Source: an uncultured Verrucomicrobiae bacterium (GTDB lineage: Bacteria; Chlamydiota; Chlamydiia; Chlamydiales; Rhabdochlamydiaceae). From it: a stretch of 64,000 nt of DNA. Shown one piece after another: positions 41,595 through 50,446 of this stretch (within the stretch, counting starts at the first letter, position 1; each line of letters begins with the position of its first letter). Below the pieces are notes generated by a model. The model was not told where the DNA came from. It saw only the letters and a program-made list of their open reading frames with translations, and searched no databases. The translations under genes and the position numbers were made by a program. Location: NCBI GenBank assembly GCA_963806855.1, contig CAWDYW010000003.1:96001-160000 (forward strand). Direction: 5' to 3'.

Positions 41595-42844
41595 TTAGGC
41601 TCCAGCTTGCGGCCGAGTTTCCACGTAGCGAAGACCCAGCTTAAGCCGAGCCCGACTGCAATTGCTCCGGCAAAGGGGGCGCTGGCTAAAGCACCTCCGC
41701 AGAGGTGACATAAGCTCATGCTGATGGCTGAGCCGCTGCCTCTTCCCAGCCTCGCACAGATCCCATCGACAACGAGTTTCCCTTTCATTTTTAGCGAGGG
41801 AGGGAGCTGCACAAAACAGAGTTCCTTGGAAGCATCGAAGAGGGTGTATTTGGCCGCGCGGCAGATGCAGAATTGCAGCGAACCCAGGAAAATGACCAGG
41901 GAGGTGGCTGAGGGGGCAGTGCGTAGAAAGAAAAAGAAGGCCCCCTCTGTGAGGAGGAGACAAAGGGGGGTGGCAAGGGCTGCACAAATCCATTGGGTGC
42001 GCTGCAGAATGTATGGGGTGATGAGAAGGGCGCTGATCACAGTCAAGACCCCGCACCAAGTAGAGAGGATGCTCAAGTAGTTGCAATAATCGCATGCATT
42101 AGGGAATTTCACGTGTAGCAAGTCGAGGAAAATCACTTCCCCGAGGCTATAGGCGATGTAGTCAGCGATGACGATCCAAGCAAGGAGCCTAAGCTGAGGA
42201 ACTTGAAGGCAGAGCTTGGCGCTCTCTTTTAGAGAGAATTTCTCTTCGGAGGATCTGGTTTGGCAGTGGGAGGAGAAGTAATGCCAGAGCTTGTAATACA
42301 ACAGGGCTGTAACGGCTCCTAAAATGGTAACCGCGATCATCATCGAAATCAGGGCATGGGTCCAGATTTTTGATGAAGTGCAAAAGGAGACAAGGGGGCC
42401 AGCCAAGATCGCCCCGAGACTATTTGCAAACATGAGAGGGCCATAGAGCTTCTTTGCCTCGCTTTTTGGGATATGTTGATTGACCAGACCCCAAAATAAA
42501 ATAATGGCAAGGGCTGGCTTCCACAGTTCGCCGAGCACGTAAAATAGAATTGAAAGTTTGAATAGCTGACCGAAGGCAAAGATTAGAAAAAAGGCCAAGA
42601 AAGAGCCGATCGTGACAAAAAAGACCTTGTGGATCTGAAATCGGCTCAGCAGCCATGAGAGCCCCCAGGTCATCAAAATGCTGGCCGGTAAAGCGCCGAA
42701 CAACTCGAAAAAGGGAATCGTGCTCGCCCCGTTACCCTGATCGACAGCAAGTGTATTACGGACATTTCTCAAAATAGTGAAATTGACGTTTAGTAGTAAG
42801 GCGATACCAAACATCTGGAAAAAAACTGGCCGGTTCCAGCTCAT
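41570..42844 (-). CDS. NTT/TLC family nucleotide transporter (ATP/ADP translocase family)
   Basis: TILRN.RNTL, FYVLGELW, FWGL.NQ, EAKK.Y, KYTLFD.SKE, KGK..VD....RLG; ATG at 42844 overlaps the thiE stop. Confidence 0.9.
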   Translation of the reverse strand: MSWNRPVFFQMFGIALLLNVNFTILRNVRNTLAVDQGNGASTIPFFELFGALPASILMTWGLSWLLSRFQIHKVFFVTIGSFLAFFLIFAFGQLFKLSILFYVLGELWKPALAIILFWGLVNQHIPKSEAKKLYGPLMFANSLGAILAGPLVSFCTSSKIWTHALISMMIAVTILGAVTALLYYKLWHYFSSHCQTRSSEEKFSLKESAKLCLQVPQLRLLAWIVIADYIAYSLGEVIFLDLLHVKFPNACDYCNYLSILSTWCGVLTVISALLITPYILQRTQWICAALATPLCLLLTEGAFFFFLRTAPSATSLVIFLGSLQFCICRAAKYTLFDASKELCFVQLPPSLKMKGKLVVDGICARLGRGSGSAISMSLCHLCGGALASAPFAGAIAVGLGLSWVFATWKLGRKLEPNQGKLIVE

Positions 42845-43503
42845 GAGGCCCCCTTCATCAGATTGGAGATTTCTCGGGCTGTATGGAGCGGATCTTCTGC
42901 CCTCATGATTTCCCCAGCCATCGCAATCCCATCCACTGGTCGAAGGATTTCTTTGATCTGTGGTAAATTTTTTCGAGTGATATTTCCTATAAGCACAACG
43001 GGATGGCGAGTGAAGGCAATCACTTTCCTCGCTCCTTGAATTCCCCATGGCGGAGCATCTGCGGACCGTGGAGGTTTTGTCTGATTTGAGGGAAACACCT
43101 GCACGCCGAGATAATTGACATCCAGCATTTCGGCTCTGAGCACATCGTCCCATGTGTTGACGGTTAGCCCAATGGTCGCCTTCGGCCCCAAAAGCTGGCG
43201 CGCTGAAAGGCAGGAGAGATCTTTTTGACCCAAGTGAACCCCTGCTAGGCCAGCCTTGAGGGCAATGTCCGCGCAATTGTTGACGATAATGGGGAGATTC
43301 TTCCGATCAGCGAGCTCTTTCAAAGTCAAAATCAATGGATAAGAACTGTAGAGAGCTTGGTTGGGCCCCCAGAGTTGGATATAGGAAATGCCTCCATCCC
43401 GGGCTTTTTCGATGGTCGTAAAAAAGGTTTTAAGGGTTGCCGCTGTCTGGACTTGCGGCAGTGGCGCGACTAGACCAAAGGTGAGAAAACGGGAAATCGA
43501 CAT
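42841..43503 (-). CDS. thiE: Thiamine phosphate synthase (ThiE/TenI family), divergent
   Basis: GVHLGQKD, ARQLLG...IGLT, VFP..TKP; downstream of a TPP riboswitch; ATG at 43503 with GGAG. Confidence 0.85.
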   Translation of the reverse strand: MSISRFLTFGLVAPLPQVQTAATLKTFFTTIEKARDGGISYIQLWGPNQALYSSYPLILTLKELADRKNLPIIVNNCADIALKAGLAGVHLGQKDLSCLSARQLLGPKATIGLTVNTWDDVLRAEMLDVNYLGVQVFPSNQTKPPRSADAPPWGIQGARKVIAFTRHPVVLIGNITRKNLPQIKEILRPVDGIAMAGEIMRAEDPLHTAREISNLMKGAS

Positions 43504-43568
43504 TTCGTACTCCATGGTAAAAAGTTCCACCAGGGAATAACGAAAAAAGAAGAATATGTCTTTTCTTA

Positions 43569-43660
43569 TACATCCACACTTCCTACGCTGGCATTATCCA
43601 GATCAGGTGTTGAGGGTCTTTCTCAGCTAAGAAACGGTTCTTAGCACCCCTGGTGATGCA
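43569..43660 (-). promoter_or_regulatory. TPP (THI-box) riboswitch
   Basis: GGGGTGC...CTGAGA...ACCC...ACCTGATCTGGATAATGCCAGCGTAGGAAG on the minus strand. Confidence 0.95.
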
Positions 43661-43693
43661 ACTAAGCATATCTTCCGAATTGCTTTTTTGCAA

Positions 43694-44533
43694 CTACTGT
43701 TGCATGGGTTTTTGACGGAGCCATTTGGTGATGATCCACTTATCTCCCTTGGTGACTGGAAAGCCGGAGTGTAAGGTAAGGGGGTCTTCTTTTCCTTCAG
43801 GAGTGCAGTTATAAAATAGAACCGCATTGCCTTTGATGGGCTGCACTCTGATATTGACTTCGGGGAAAACTGTTTCGCCCCCTTCATCTACTGTGTTGAG
43901 ATACATGATGAGGGTAGCGACTCTTTGCCCCCCGACCTCTAGATGCACAGTATGGCCTGGAAAGTCCTTTTGAAAATAATCAAAATGGGGTGTGAATTCT
44001 GCGCCGATTCCATAGTTGAGGACTTGCAAAGCTTCTCCATATTCCACGGGAATTTGGGTATAGGTTGCAATCCGTTTCTCAATGCTTTGGAGAATTGGAT
44101 CTTGGTGGAATTGAAAATCCATCCCATGACTTGTTCTAGAGGTGTCGACGGTGCCTTCTCCCGTCTCCACATCGATGACTAGAGAACGGGAAAGTTTATT
44201 GCTCGCCTCTTTGATGATATGGTCGCATTCTGCAGGGGATAGAAAATTTTGAATCAAGTAAATGCGGGGAGTGCGGCTGAGCACCTTGACATTAGGGTCT
44301 GTCGTCAAATTCCGAATGGCTGAATTCGAGATTATTTTCTCCCTAGGAGGCGATAACGAATCAGGGGTCATATTGGCCAATATTACCCCTGATTCGTTAT
44401 CGCCTCCCAGGGGAAAAGAACTCGAATTCAGCAGATTCGGAATTTGACGACAGGCCCTAGGCTGCTTTTCAATAGGATCGGCATAGCTATTGATAGACAG
44501 GATCAAGAATAGAAAAAGATAGATTCGCTTCAT
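43694..44533 (-). CDS. Secreted 2OG-Fe(II) oxygenase, prolyl 4-hydroxylase-like
   Basis: NFLS..EC, RTS, E.LQVL.Y, H.DYF, R.AT..MYLN, GGET.FP, LH...V..G.KW. Confidence 0.9.
   Translation of the reverse strand: MKRIYLFLFLILSINSYADPIEKQPRACRQIPNLLNSSSFPLGGDNESGVILANMTPDSLSPPREKIISNSAIRNLTTDPNVKVLSRTPRIYLIQNFLSPAECDHIIKEASNKLSRSLVIDVETGEGTVDTSRTSHGMDFQFHQDPILQSIEKRIATYTQIPVEYGEALQVLNYGIGAEFTPHFDYFQKDFPGHTVHLEVGGQRVATLIMYLNTVDEGGETVFPEVNIRVQPIKGNAVLFYNCTPEGKEDPLTLHSGFPVTKGDKWIITKWLRQKPMQQ
44293..44459. mobile_element. Palindromic element, family E, inserted in frame in the P4H gene
   Basis: tagggtctgtcgtcaaattccgaat ... attcggaatttgacgacaggcccta; both strands translate to a similar peptide. Confidence 0.9.
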
Positions 44534-44589
44534 AATCCTGTATATGACAAATTCTGAATTTTTTTGTAAAGTCCCTTACCGAAACAACT

Positions 44590-45045
44590 TTAAGAAATAC
44601 GCTCTGCGATGTCCCAGATGTAACCGTTTGGGCAAGAAACACGTCCCCGATAATCTCCCCAGAAAGTTTCACCAGGCTTAGAAAGACTGGTCATTCCAGC
44701 GTCCAATGCTCTTTGATAAGTCTTATCGACATCATCGACATAGACATAAAAGAGACTTGTAGGGGGACTATGAGTTGTTGCGGGAGCTTTGAGCTCTGAA
44801 TCTAAACCCTCGCTCGTCAGAAGGAAATTGGTCCCTCGATATCTAAGACGGGTTGCAACCAACTTCTCATTATTTTCTGAATCGGGCTGATCGAAAATCG
44901 AGACAAAGTTAAAGACTGAGATGTAAAGATCTCTGGCTTTTCTGACATTAGGCACTGCAAGGATAGTTGCAATCCAGTTGAGCCCCGTCCAGGGCGCTGG
45001 TCTGATCTCCACATTGTCAAACCAAAATAAATTAGATTCGCTCAT
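44590..45045 (-). CDS. VOC/glyoxalase family protein
   Basis: YVYVDDVD...RAL.AG, FWG.Y.G...P.GY.W. Confidence 0.88.
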   Translation of the reverse strand: MSESNLFWFDNVEIRPAPWTGLNWIATILAVPNVRKARDLYISVFNFVSIFDQPDSENNEKLVATRLRYRGTNFLLTSEGLDSELKAPATTHSPPTSLFYVYVDDVDKTYQRALDAGMTSLSKPGETFWGDYRGRVSCPNGYIWDIAERIS

Positions 45046-45299
45046 GATGTCCTCCGTTTAATCCACGCTGGTTGTTTCTTTAATAGGTTTTCAGCCATCT
45101 TTTGGGCGGCTTGGGGGGCGAGTCCTTGAGAATGGATGAAATATCCTGTTGTTCCTTCTAGGACTTCCTCGTAGGATTTCAAGGATCCGTCACTTTTTGT
45201 ACAGTGACTGCAATAAGGGATTTTCTCATTCGCTAAAGCGTGATCACTCGGTTTTTGAAGAGGCATCCCGCAGGATGAGCATGAATTACATTTTGTCAT
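45042..45299 (-). CDS. Zinc-ribbon domain protein
   Basis: CSSCGMP...YCSHC. Confidence 0.8.
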   Translation of the reverse strand: MTKCNSCSSCGMPLQKPSDHALANEKIPYCSHCTKSDGSLKSYEEVLEGTTGYFIHSQGLAPQAAQKMAENLLKKQPAWIKRRTS

Positions 45300-45870
45300 T
45301 GTTTTCTCCTTTAATGAGTTTTGTAAAAAATTGAATTAATTCTGGCCCTTTTGTCGACAAAACGGAGCCGTTTGGTGAAAAAAGTTCCCGGTTCGCAAGG
45401 TAATAATGCACTAGCCCTAGCCAAGTGTTTAAAACTAAATGGAGGGGAAGCTCCAAGGGCAACCCTTCTTTGGTTAAAGCCTGTTCTAAATAAAAGGCGA
45501 TGCCCGATTGGATATTGAATATGGCTGTTCTAATATCCTCAGGAAGATGGGGAGCGCAAATGACCAGTTGAGTATAGAACGGTTCCCATAGTCGCAAAAC
45601 AGAGATGTAGGTCGTCAATACTGATTCCAAATTTCCTGGTTTAATCTTGTTTTTTAGCTCGATTCCAAGGTGCATCCCAAATTCATCGATGACGGCGAGC
45701 ATAAGGGCCTCTCGTGTGGGAAAATGGACAAAAATGGTCCCATGCGAGAGGTTTGCGGCCTTGGCGATATCTAAGGTTTTGGTTGCAAGCAGTCCGCCAC
45801 TCGAGAATTCCTCTAGGGCCGTTTGCAAAACCCTCGCCCTGGTCTCTTCCTTTTGTCTTTGCCTGGTCAT
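45286..45870 (-). CDS. TetR/AcrR family regulator
   Basis: DIAKAANLSHGTIFVHFPTRE HTH. Confidence 0.93.
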   Translation of the reverse strand: MTRQRQKEETRARVLQTALEEFSSGGLLATKTLDIAKAANLSHGTIFVHFPTREALMLAVIDEFGMHLGIELKNKIKPGNLESVLTTYISVLRLWEPFYTQLVICAPHLPEDIRTAIFNIQSGIAFYLEQALTKEGLPLELPLHLVLNTWLGLVHYYLANRELFSPNGSVLSTKGPELIQFFTKLIKGENNDKM

Positions 45871-45889
45871 GTAATAAGTCTCCGCTCAG

Positions 45890-45903
45890 TGAGTTATTAC
45901 TCA
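45890..45903. promoter_or_regulatory. Candidate TetR operator
   Basis: Palindrome TGAGT-TATT-ACTCA abutting a minus-strand TATAAT upstream of tetR. Confidence 0.5.
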
Positions 45904-45959
45904 TTATAATCCAAGAGTCGGATTTAGGGCAAGAAATTGCGGAACACCTTAAGGTTGAG

Positions 45960-47126
45960 TTAATTGCGTAAGGCGGCTTTGAGCCGTGGGCCAATCCCAA
46001 GCAGCCGCTGCTTGGGCTCATTGGAGAAGACAAAGCGCAAGTATTTAGAGGCGGTTGCTCCCCATCCGTTCATAGGCGTAGTGGCGATTTTGGCCTCTCT
46101 TAGAAGTCTCTCTGCAGCCTGCTGGGAGGAGATCCCGATCGCTTCTGTATCTAATAAGAGCGACCATCCACCATGCGGAGGGATGACGGGGAGTCCTTTC
46201 ATTTCATTGAGCAATACATCTCTCCGTTCTTGCCAAATCGAAAGCGCTGTGGTTAATCCATCGTCTTGGGCATTGAGGCCGGCAGCGACTCCAGCCATGC
46301 TGATTCCCGTTTGACAGACTACGTTGGCCATGCTGACCAGGCCGATGTTGTTCATGATGTTTTGGGGGCCGACAATCCAGCCTACACGCCATCCGATCAT
46401 GCGCAACTCTTTTGAGGCGGCCCCAACGGTGATCGTTCGCTCACGCATGTTGGGCAGTGATGCGGGGTGAATTATGGGGCGATTGTCATATAGAATGCGC
46501 TCCATGGCGGCATCGTAGAGTAGCCAAGAGTCGGTTTGCTGGGCTATGCGCGCGACTGCTTCCCATTCTCCTTTAGTGAGGATATGTCCCGTCGGCATCC
46601 CCGGGCTGATGACGATCATGCGGGTGCGAGGGGAAGCTGCTTTGTCAAGGGCCTGCAGATCTAGCCGCCAGCCTGATGGGGATGGAATGAGCGGGACAAA
46701 GACCGGAATTCCATTGGCCAAGCGAATCCGGTTGATGATCCCCGCATAGGTGGGATCGGTGACGATCACCTCATCGCCAGGTTCAAGTAGAGCGAGGAGG
46801 CAATTCAGAATTCCTGACATGCCACCCGCTGAAATGATGCACTCGGTTTGCCAGTCATAGGTCAGATGATTGAGGCGCGCTATCCTGTTAGTGACCGCTT
46901 TTCTCAACTCATTTTGGCCGAGAAATGGGAGATAGCTGTTATTTTCATCTTGTCCAATCCCGCTTTTCGTCACTTCTATGGCGATAGCAGGAGGGGGGAT
47001 GTCGGTGTCGAGGTTTTCGAGCCGCAAAACAGCTGGATCCCCAGTTTCATCTGCGGCATTGCCCATCCGATCTACCCCGATTCCTGGGATATTTTTGAGT
47101 CTTGATACTGTTGCTAATCTTGGCAT
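45960..47126 (-). CDS. PLP-dependent class I/II aminotransferase
   Basis: DPTY, PGMPTG, YDAA.E, SKELRMIGWRVGW. Confidence 0.92.
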   Translation of the reverse strand: MPRLATVSRLKNIPGIGVDRMGNAADETGDPAVLRLENLDTDIPPPAIAIEVTKSGIGQDENNSYLPFLGQNELRKAVTNRIARLNHLTYDWQTECIISAGGMSGILNCLLALLEPGDEVIVTDPTYAGIINRIRLANGIPVFVPLIPSPSGWRLDLQALDKAASPRTRMIVISPGMPTGHILTKGEWEAVARIAQQTDSWLLYDAAMERILYDNRPIIHPASLPNMRERTITVGAASKELRMIGWRVGWIVGPQNIMNNIGLVSMANVVCQTGISMAGVAAGLNAQDDGLTTALSIWQERRDVLLNEMKGLPVIPPHGGWSLLLDTEAIGISSQQAAERLLREAKIATTPMNGWGATASKYLRFVFSNEPKQRLLGIGPRLKAALRN

Positions 47127-47174
47127 ACGTGCTCCTTGAATTGATTTTGATGATAGCGGATCCCTATGAATTTA

Positions 47175-47219
47175 GTCAAATTGTTTAAATTTGACAAAAT
47201 GTCATCTATGGGATATAAT
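47175..47219 (+). promoter_or_regulatory. Consensus promoter with overlapping inverted repeat
   Basis: TTGACA-N17-TATAAT (47191-47219); GTCAAAT-N7-ATTTGAC overlaps the -35. Confidence 0.75.
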
Positions 47220-47240
47220 GGTTCTAAAAGAGGAATAGAG

Positions 47241-47870
47241 ATGCCAAAAAATCAGTTTACGGCCTTGTGGAAGCAGTATGAGCCGTTCATTCAGGCGATT
47301 GTCGAGCTGTTTCATCCCTTTGCTGAGGCTGCAGTTCACGACCTTGAAAAGGGGAAAATAGTGGCGATCTACCACAACATTTCGCAGAGGAAAATAGGAG
47401 ATCCTTCGCCATTAAAGGAGTTGCAAGTCAACATTCAAGATTTTCCCGACTTTTTCTCTCCGTATTACAAGGAGAATTGGGATGGGCGTCCGCTGAAATG
47501 CACCTCGGTGACGATGCGCAATCAAGCGGGAAAGCCAATTGGTCTCATTTGTATCAATGTGGACGTCTCATTTTTTCGCGACGGTGCTCAATTATTGGAC
47601 GCATTTTTGAAGACAAAGGTGGAGGCGAGTAATCCGGTGGAAATTTTTAGCGCTGGAGGTGAGGAGCAGGTGCTGAAGGTCTTGAAGCAATGCCTAGAAG
47701 AAAAGAACTTGTCGCTTGTACACTTGAATCGGGATCAGAAAAAGGAGCTCGTTTGGCAGCTCTATCAGAAGGGAGTGTTTAATTTCAAAAATGCGATTCC
47801 ATTGGTGGCGAAAAAGCTCAAAACCTCACGCGGCAGCATTTATAACTACATTAAGCAGGAGATAAAATGA
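47241..47870 (+). CDS. YheO-like PAS/HTH transcriptional regulator
   Basis: E...HDL, S.R.IGDP, DGR.LK..S, LICINVD, GVF..KNA...VA......SR.SIYNY. Confidence 0.88.
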   Translation: MPKNQFTALWKQYEPFIQAIVELFHPFAEAAVHDLEKGKIVAIYHNISQRKIGDPSPLKELQVNIQDFPDFFSPYYKENWDGRPLKCTSVTMRNQAGKPIGLICINVDVSFFRDGAQLLDAFLKTKVEASNPVEIFSAGGEEQVLKVLKQCLEEKNLSLVHLNRDQKKELVWQLYQKGVFNFKNAIPLVAKKLKTSRGSIYNYIKQEIK

Positions 47871-49129
47871 AGATTTGGATTGTGGATGCATTTGCAAAAG
47901 AGCCCTATAGTGGCAATCCGGCTGCAGTTGTGCTAGTGGATGAATTTCCCGAAGATGCAGTTTGTCAAAAAATCGCAGCCGAAATGAATCTTTCGGAGAC
48001 TGCATTTGTCAAACATTTGCATGCAAATCATTATCATCTACGTTGGTTTACCCCCAAAACCGAGGTCAAGCTTTGCGGCCATGCAACTCTTGCTACTGCC
48101 CATATCCTGCATCAAGAAAAGCGTGTTAAAGAGGGAGGAATTCTATTTGATTCCCTCAGCGGTCTGTTAAAGGTATCGGTTTCGCAATCCCTGTACACTC
48201 TCGACTTCCCGCTCCAAAGAGTTGGCGATCGGTTGGAATTGGCTTCGATCGAGAAGAATTTCCCCAATCGGATTCAGGCGGTAAAGGCATATGATGATGT
48301 GATCATAGAGCTGCCGAGCGCCGAAGAGGTCGTGAACTATATTCCTCAGATTAGCGAGTTAGAAAAAATCGAATGTCGGGGAATTATTATCACAGCTAAG
48401 GGGAGTGGGCCCTATGATTTTGTATCCCGCTTTTTTGCTCCAAAAGTAGGAGTAAACGAAGATCCAGTGACGGGATCGGCCCATTGTAAATTAGCCGACT
48501 ATTGGCAAAGCAAATTGAAGAAATCGCAATTTTTAGCTTATCAAGCCTCAAAGCGCAGAGGTGAAATTGCTATTTCTGTCCACGGCGATAGAGTGCATCT
48601 TTCTGGTCACGCGGTCACCATTTTGCAAGGAGAATGGCAGATCCCAATCACGATGCTAAAAAACTCTTCAAGGCGAGTGCAAGATGCGTTAAATCAATAC
48701 AATCTTGGGCTAAAAGTCGTTGAGTTTTCAGATTTAACGCGCACATCCCAAGAAGCTGCCGATGCCATCGGTTGTGAGGTGGGGCAAATTGCGAAGACAT
48801 TAATTTTTAAAGGCAAAAGGTCTGGCAAAGCAATTTGTGTGATTGCTAGTGGAAAAAATCGGGTGGATGAGAAAAAAATCGTAGCGATAATCGGGGAACC
48901 AATCGAAAAACCTGACGCCGAATTCGTTTTAAAACAGACTGGTTTTGCCATCGGGGGAGTTCCGCCTATTGGGTATGAACTCGATCTCGAGCCCCTTCTC
49001 GATGAAGATCTGATGCAATATCATGAGATCTGGGCTGCTGCCGGGACTCCTCATTCTGTCTTTTGTCTCTCTCCGGAGAATCTAATCCAGATTACAAAAG
49101 GGAAAGTGGCAGATGTAAAGAAATATTAG
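47867..49129 (+). CDS. PhzF-family isomerase fused to a YbaK/EbsC domain
   Basis: VDAF..GNPA, SETAF, LCGHATLA, EDPVTGSA; then IAKTLIF, TGFAIGGVPP, WAAAG. Confidence 0.88.
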   Translation: MKIWIVDAFAKEPYSGNPAAVVLVDEFPEDAVCQKIAAEMNLSETAFVKHLHANHYHLRWFTPKTEVKLCGHATLATAHILHQEKRVKEGGILFDSLSGLLKVSVSQSLYTLDFPLQRVGDRLELASIEKNFPNRIQAVKAYDDVIIELPSAEEVVNYIPQISELEKIECRGIIITAKGSGPYDFVSRFFAPKVGVNEDPVTGSAHCKLADYWQSKLKKSQFLAYQASKRRGEIAISVHGDRVHLSGHAVTILQGEWQIPITMLKNSSRRVQDALNQYNLGLKVVEFSDLTRTSQEAADAIGCEVGQIAKTLIFKGKRSGKAICVIASGKNRVDEKKIVAIIGEPIEKPDAEFVLKQTGFAIGGVPPIGYELDLEPLLDEDLMQYHEIWAAAGTPHSVFCLSPENLIQITKGKVADVKKY

Positions 49130-49183
49130 TATTATCCATTTAATCCACCGCCGTTTAATAATAGCTGGGCAAAAGGGGTTGTT

Positions 49184-50377
49184 ATGTTTGCAATTGTCGA
49201 TTCTAATTTACCTAGTGCTGTGACGGGAGCTACGCCGTTATCCATCACCTCCGAGCTCATTAAGGCGGGCATCCTCCCAGCTCCTGAAAAGGCAAAAGAA
49301 ACCTTTTGGTCTCTAGGGGCAGATTGGTGGAAGCAGATCATCGATGGAAGGTGTCATAAGTTCGGCTCTAAGGTATTTGATGAAGGGTCGCATTCCGGTC
49401 CAATAGAACGGGGGTATCTTGCTGGAATTGAAAAGGCCAGTCGCTATTTTGTCGAGAACATGGATCGGCCGCTCACTTTAGAATTGTATAGAGAGACTCA
49501 CCGCCTAGCTATTGCCCATTTTGATACCAGAGGCAGAAATGGGGCGGGGTGCAGCTGGCAGGAAATTGATCATTTCAGAAGCAATATGGTCAGTTGTAGT
49601 GGATATCCAATTGGGGTAAAAGGGTTTGCCGAAGTTGAAAAAGACCGTGTAGTTCTTAAAGAAGCCCGTAGAATTATCAATCTCTGTAAACCAGATGTGC
49701 CTCTGGAGCAGCAGAGGATGATTATCCAACAACAATGGAAGGGGCTTGTGGTTAAAGCGTTTAAACTTTTACCTAAGTTGACCGGCTCCAAGCTTGATGA
49801 CAAAACGGATCAAGAGCGCATCGAGATTTTGATGAGCACCTACGAGGAGTTGACAAAGTCGCAAAAGGCGATCGCGATGGAGGAGATGGAAAAGATGAAT
49901 CGCCATTTTGAACAAATCGCTCAGCGACTTGGTTTAAGTAAGCCATTTGCAGATTGCAGTGTCAACAGCGCCATTGATTTCACCATTACAACTTGGTACT
50001 TAGAGAAAAGTTCCTATAGCCTCACTATAATCACTGAAAAATTGTTCGCAGAGTTTAATCAGAATCTGACAAATGCACGCAAAGAGGCTTACGATAAGTT
50101 GATGTCTGGTCAAAAAATTGAAGAGATCAAAAGCTCCTATCAAGAGGCCGCCCTGCGATTAATCGGGCAGCTTTTTGCAGAACTTGAGTGGCTTCACCCA
50201 TGGATCGATGGTCAGGGGCGTACAGATTTAATTCATTTGAATGGGCTGCTTTGCCGAGAAGGGCTCCATCCTTGCATTTTGGACTTCCCGTTCTATTCGA
50301 CCTCAAACAGTCTCGAGCTGTGGTTGGATTATCTGAAGGATGGGCTCTCGCAATTCGAAAAGCTTCGTGGCTATTAA
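49184..50377 (+). CDS. Fic-domain protein
   Basis: C-terminal HPWIDGQGR (variant of HPFxDGNGR). Confidence 0.75.
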   Translation: MFAIVDSNLPSAVTGATPLSITSELIKAGILPAPEKAKETFWSLGADWWKQIIDGRCHKFGSKVFDEGSHSGPIERGYLAGIEKASRYFVENMDRPLTLELYRETHRLAIAHFDTRGRNGAGCSWQEIDHFRSNMVSCSGYPIGVKGFAEVEKDRVVLKEARRIINLCKPDVPLEQQRMIIQQQWKGLVVKAFKLLPKLTGSKLDDKTDQERIEILMSTYEELTKSQKAIAMEEMEKMNRHFEQIAQRLGLSKPFADCSVNSAIDFTITTWYLEKSSYSLTIITEKLFAEFNQNLTNARKEAYDKLMSGQKIEEIKSSYQEAALRLIGQLFAELEWLHPWIDGQGRTDLIHLNGLLCREGLHPCILDFPFYSTSNSLELWLDYLKDGLSQFEKLRGY

Positions 50378-50446
50378 ATTAATTTCTTGTTAAAAATTCC
50401 AGATAGGTGCAAAATCTTTGTCCTCTTTTTAAATTAGGAGTCCGAG

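Noticed and set aside
42845..43276. 144-aa N-terminal extension of the NTT ORF
   Set aside because: Alternative frame of thiE; the duplicated copy and RBS point to ATG 42844
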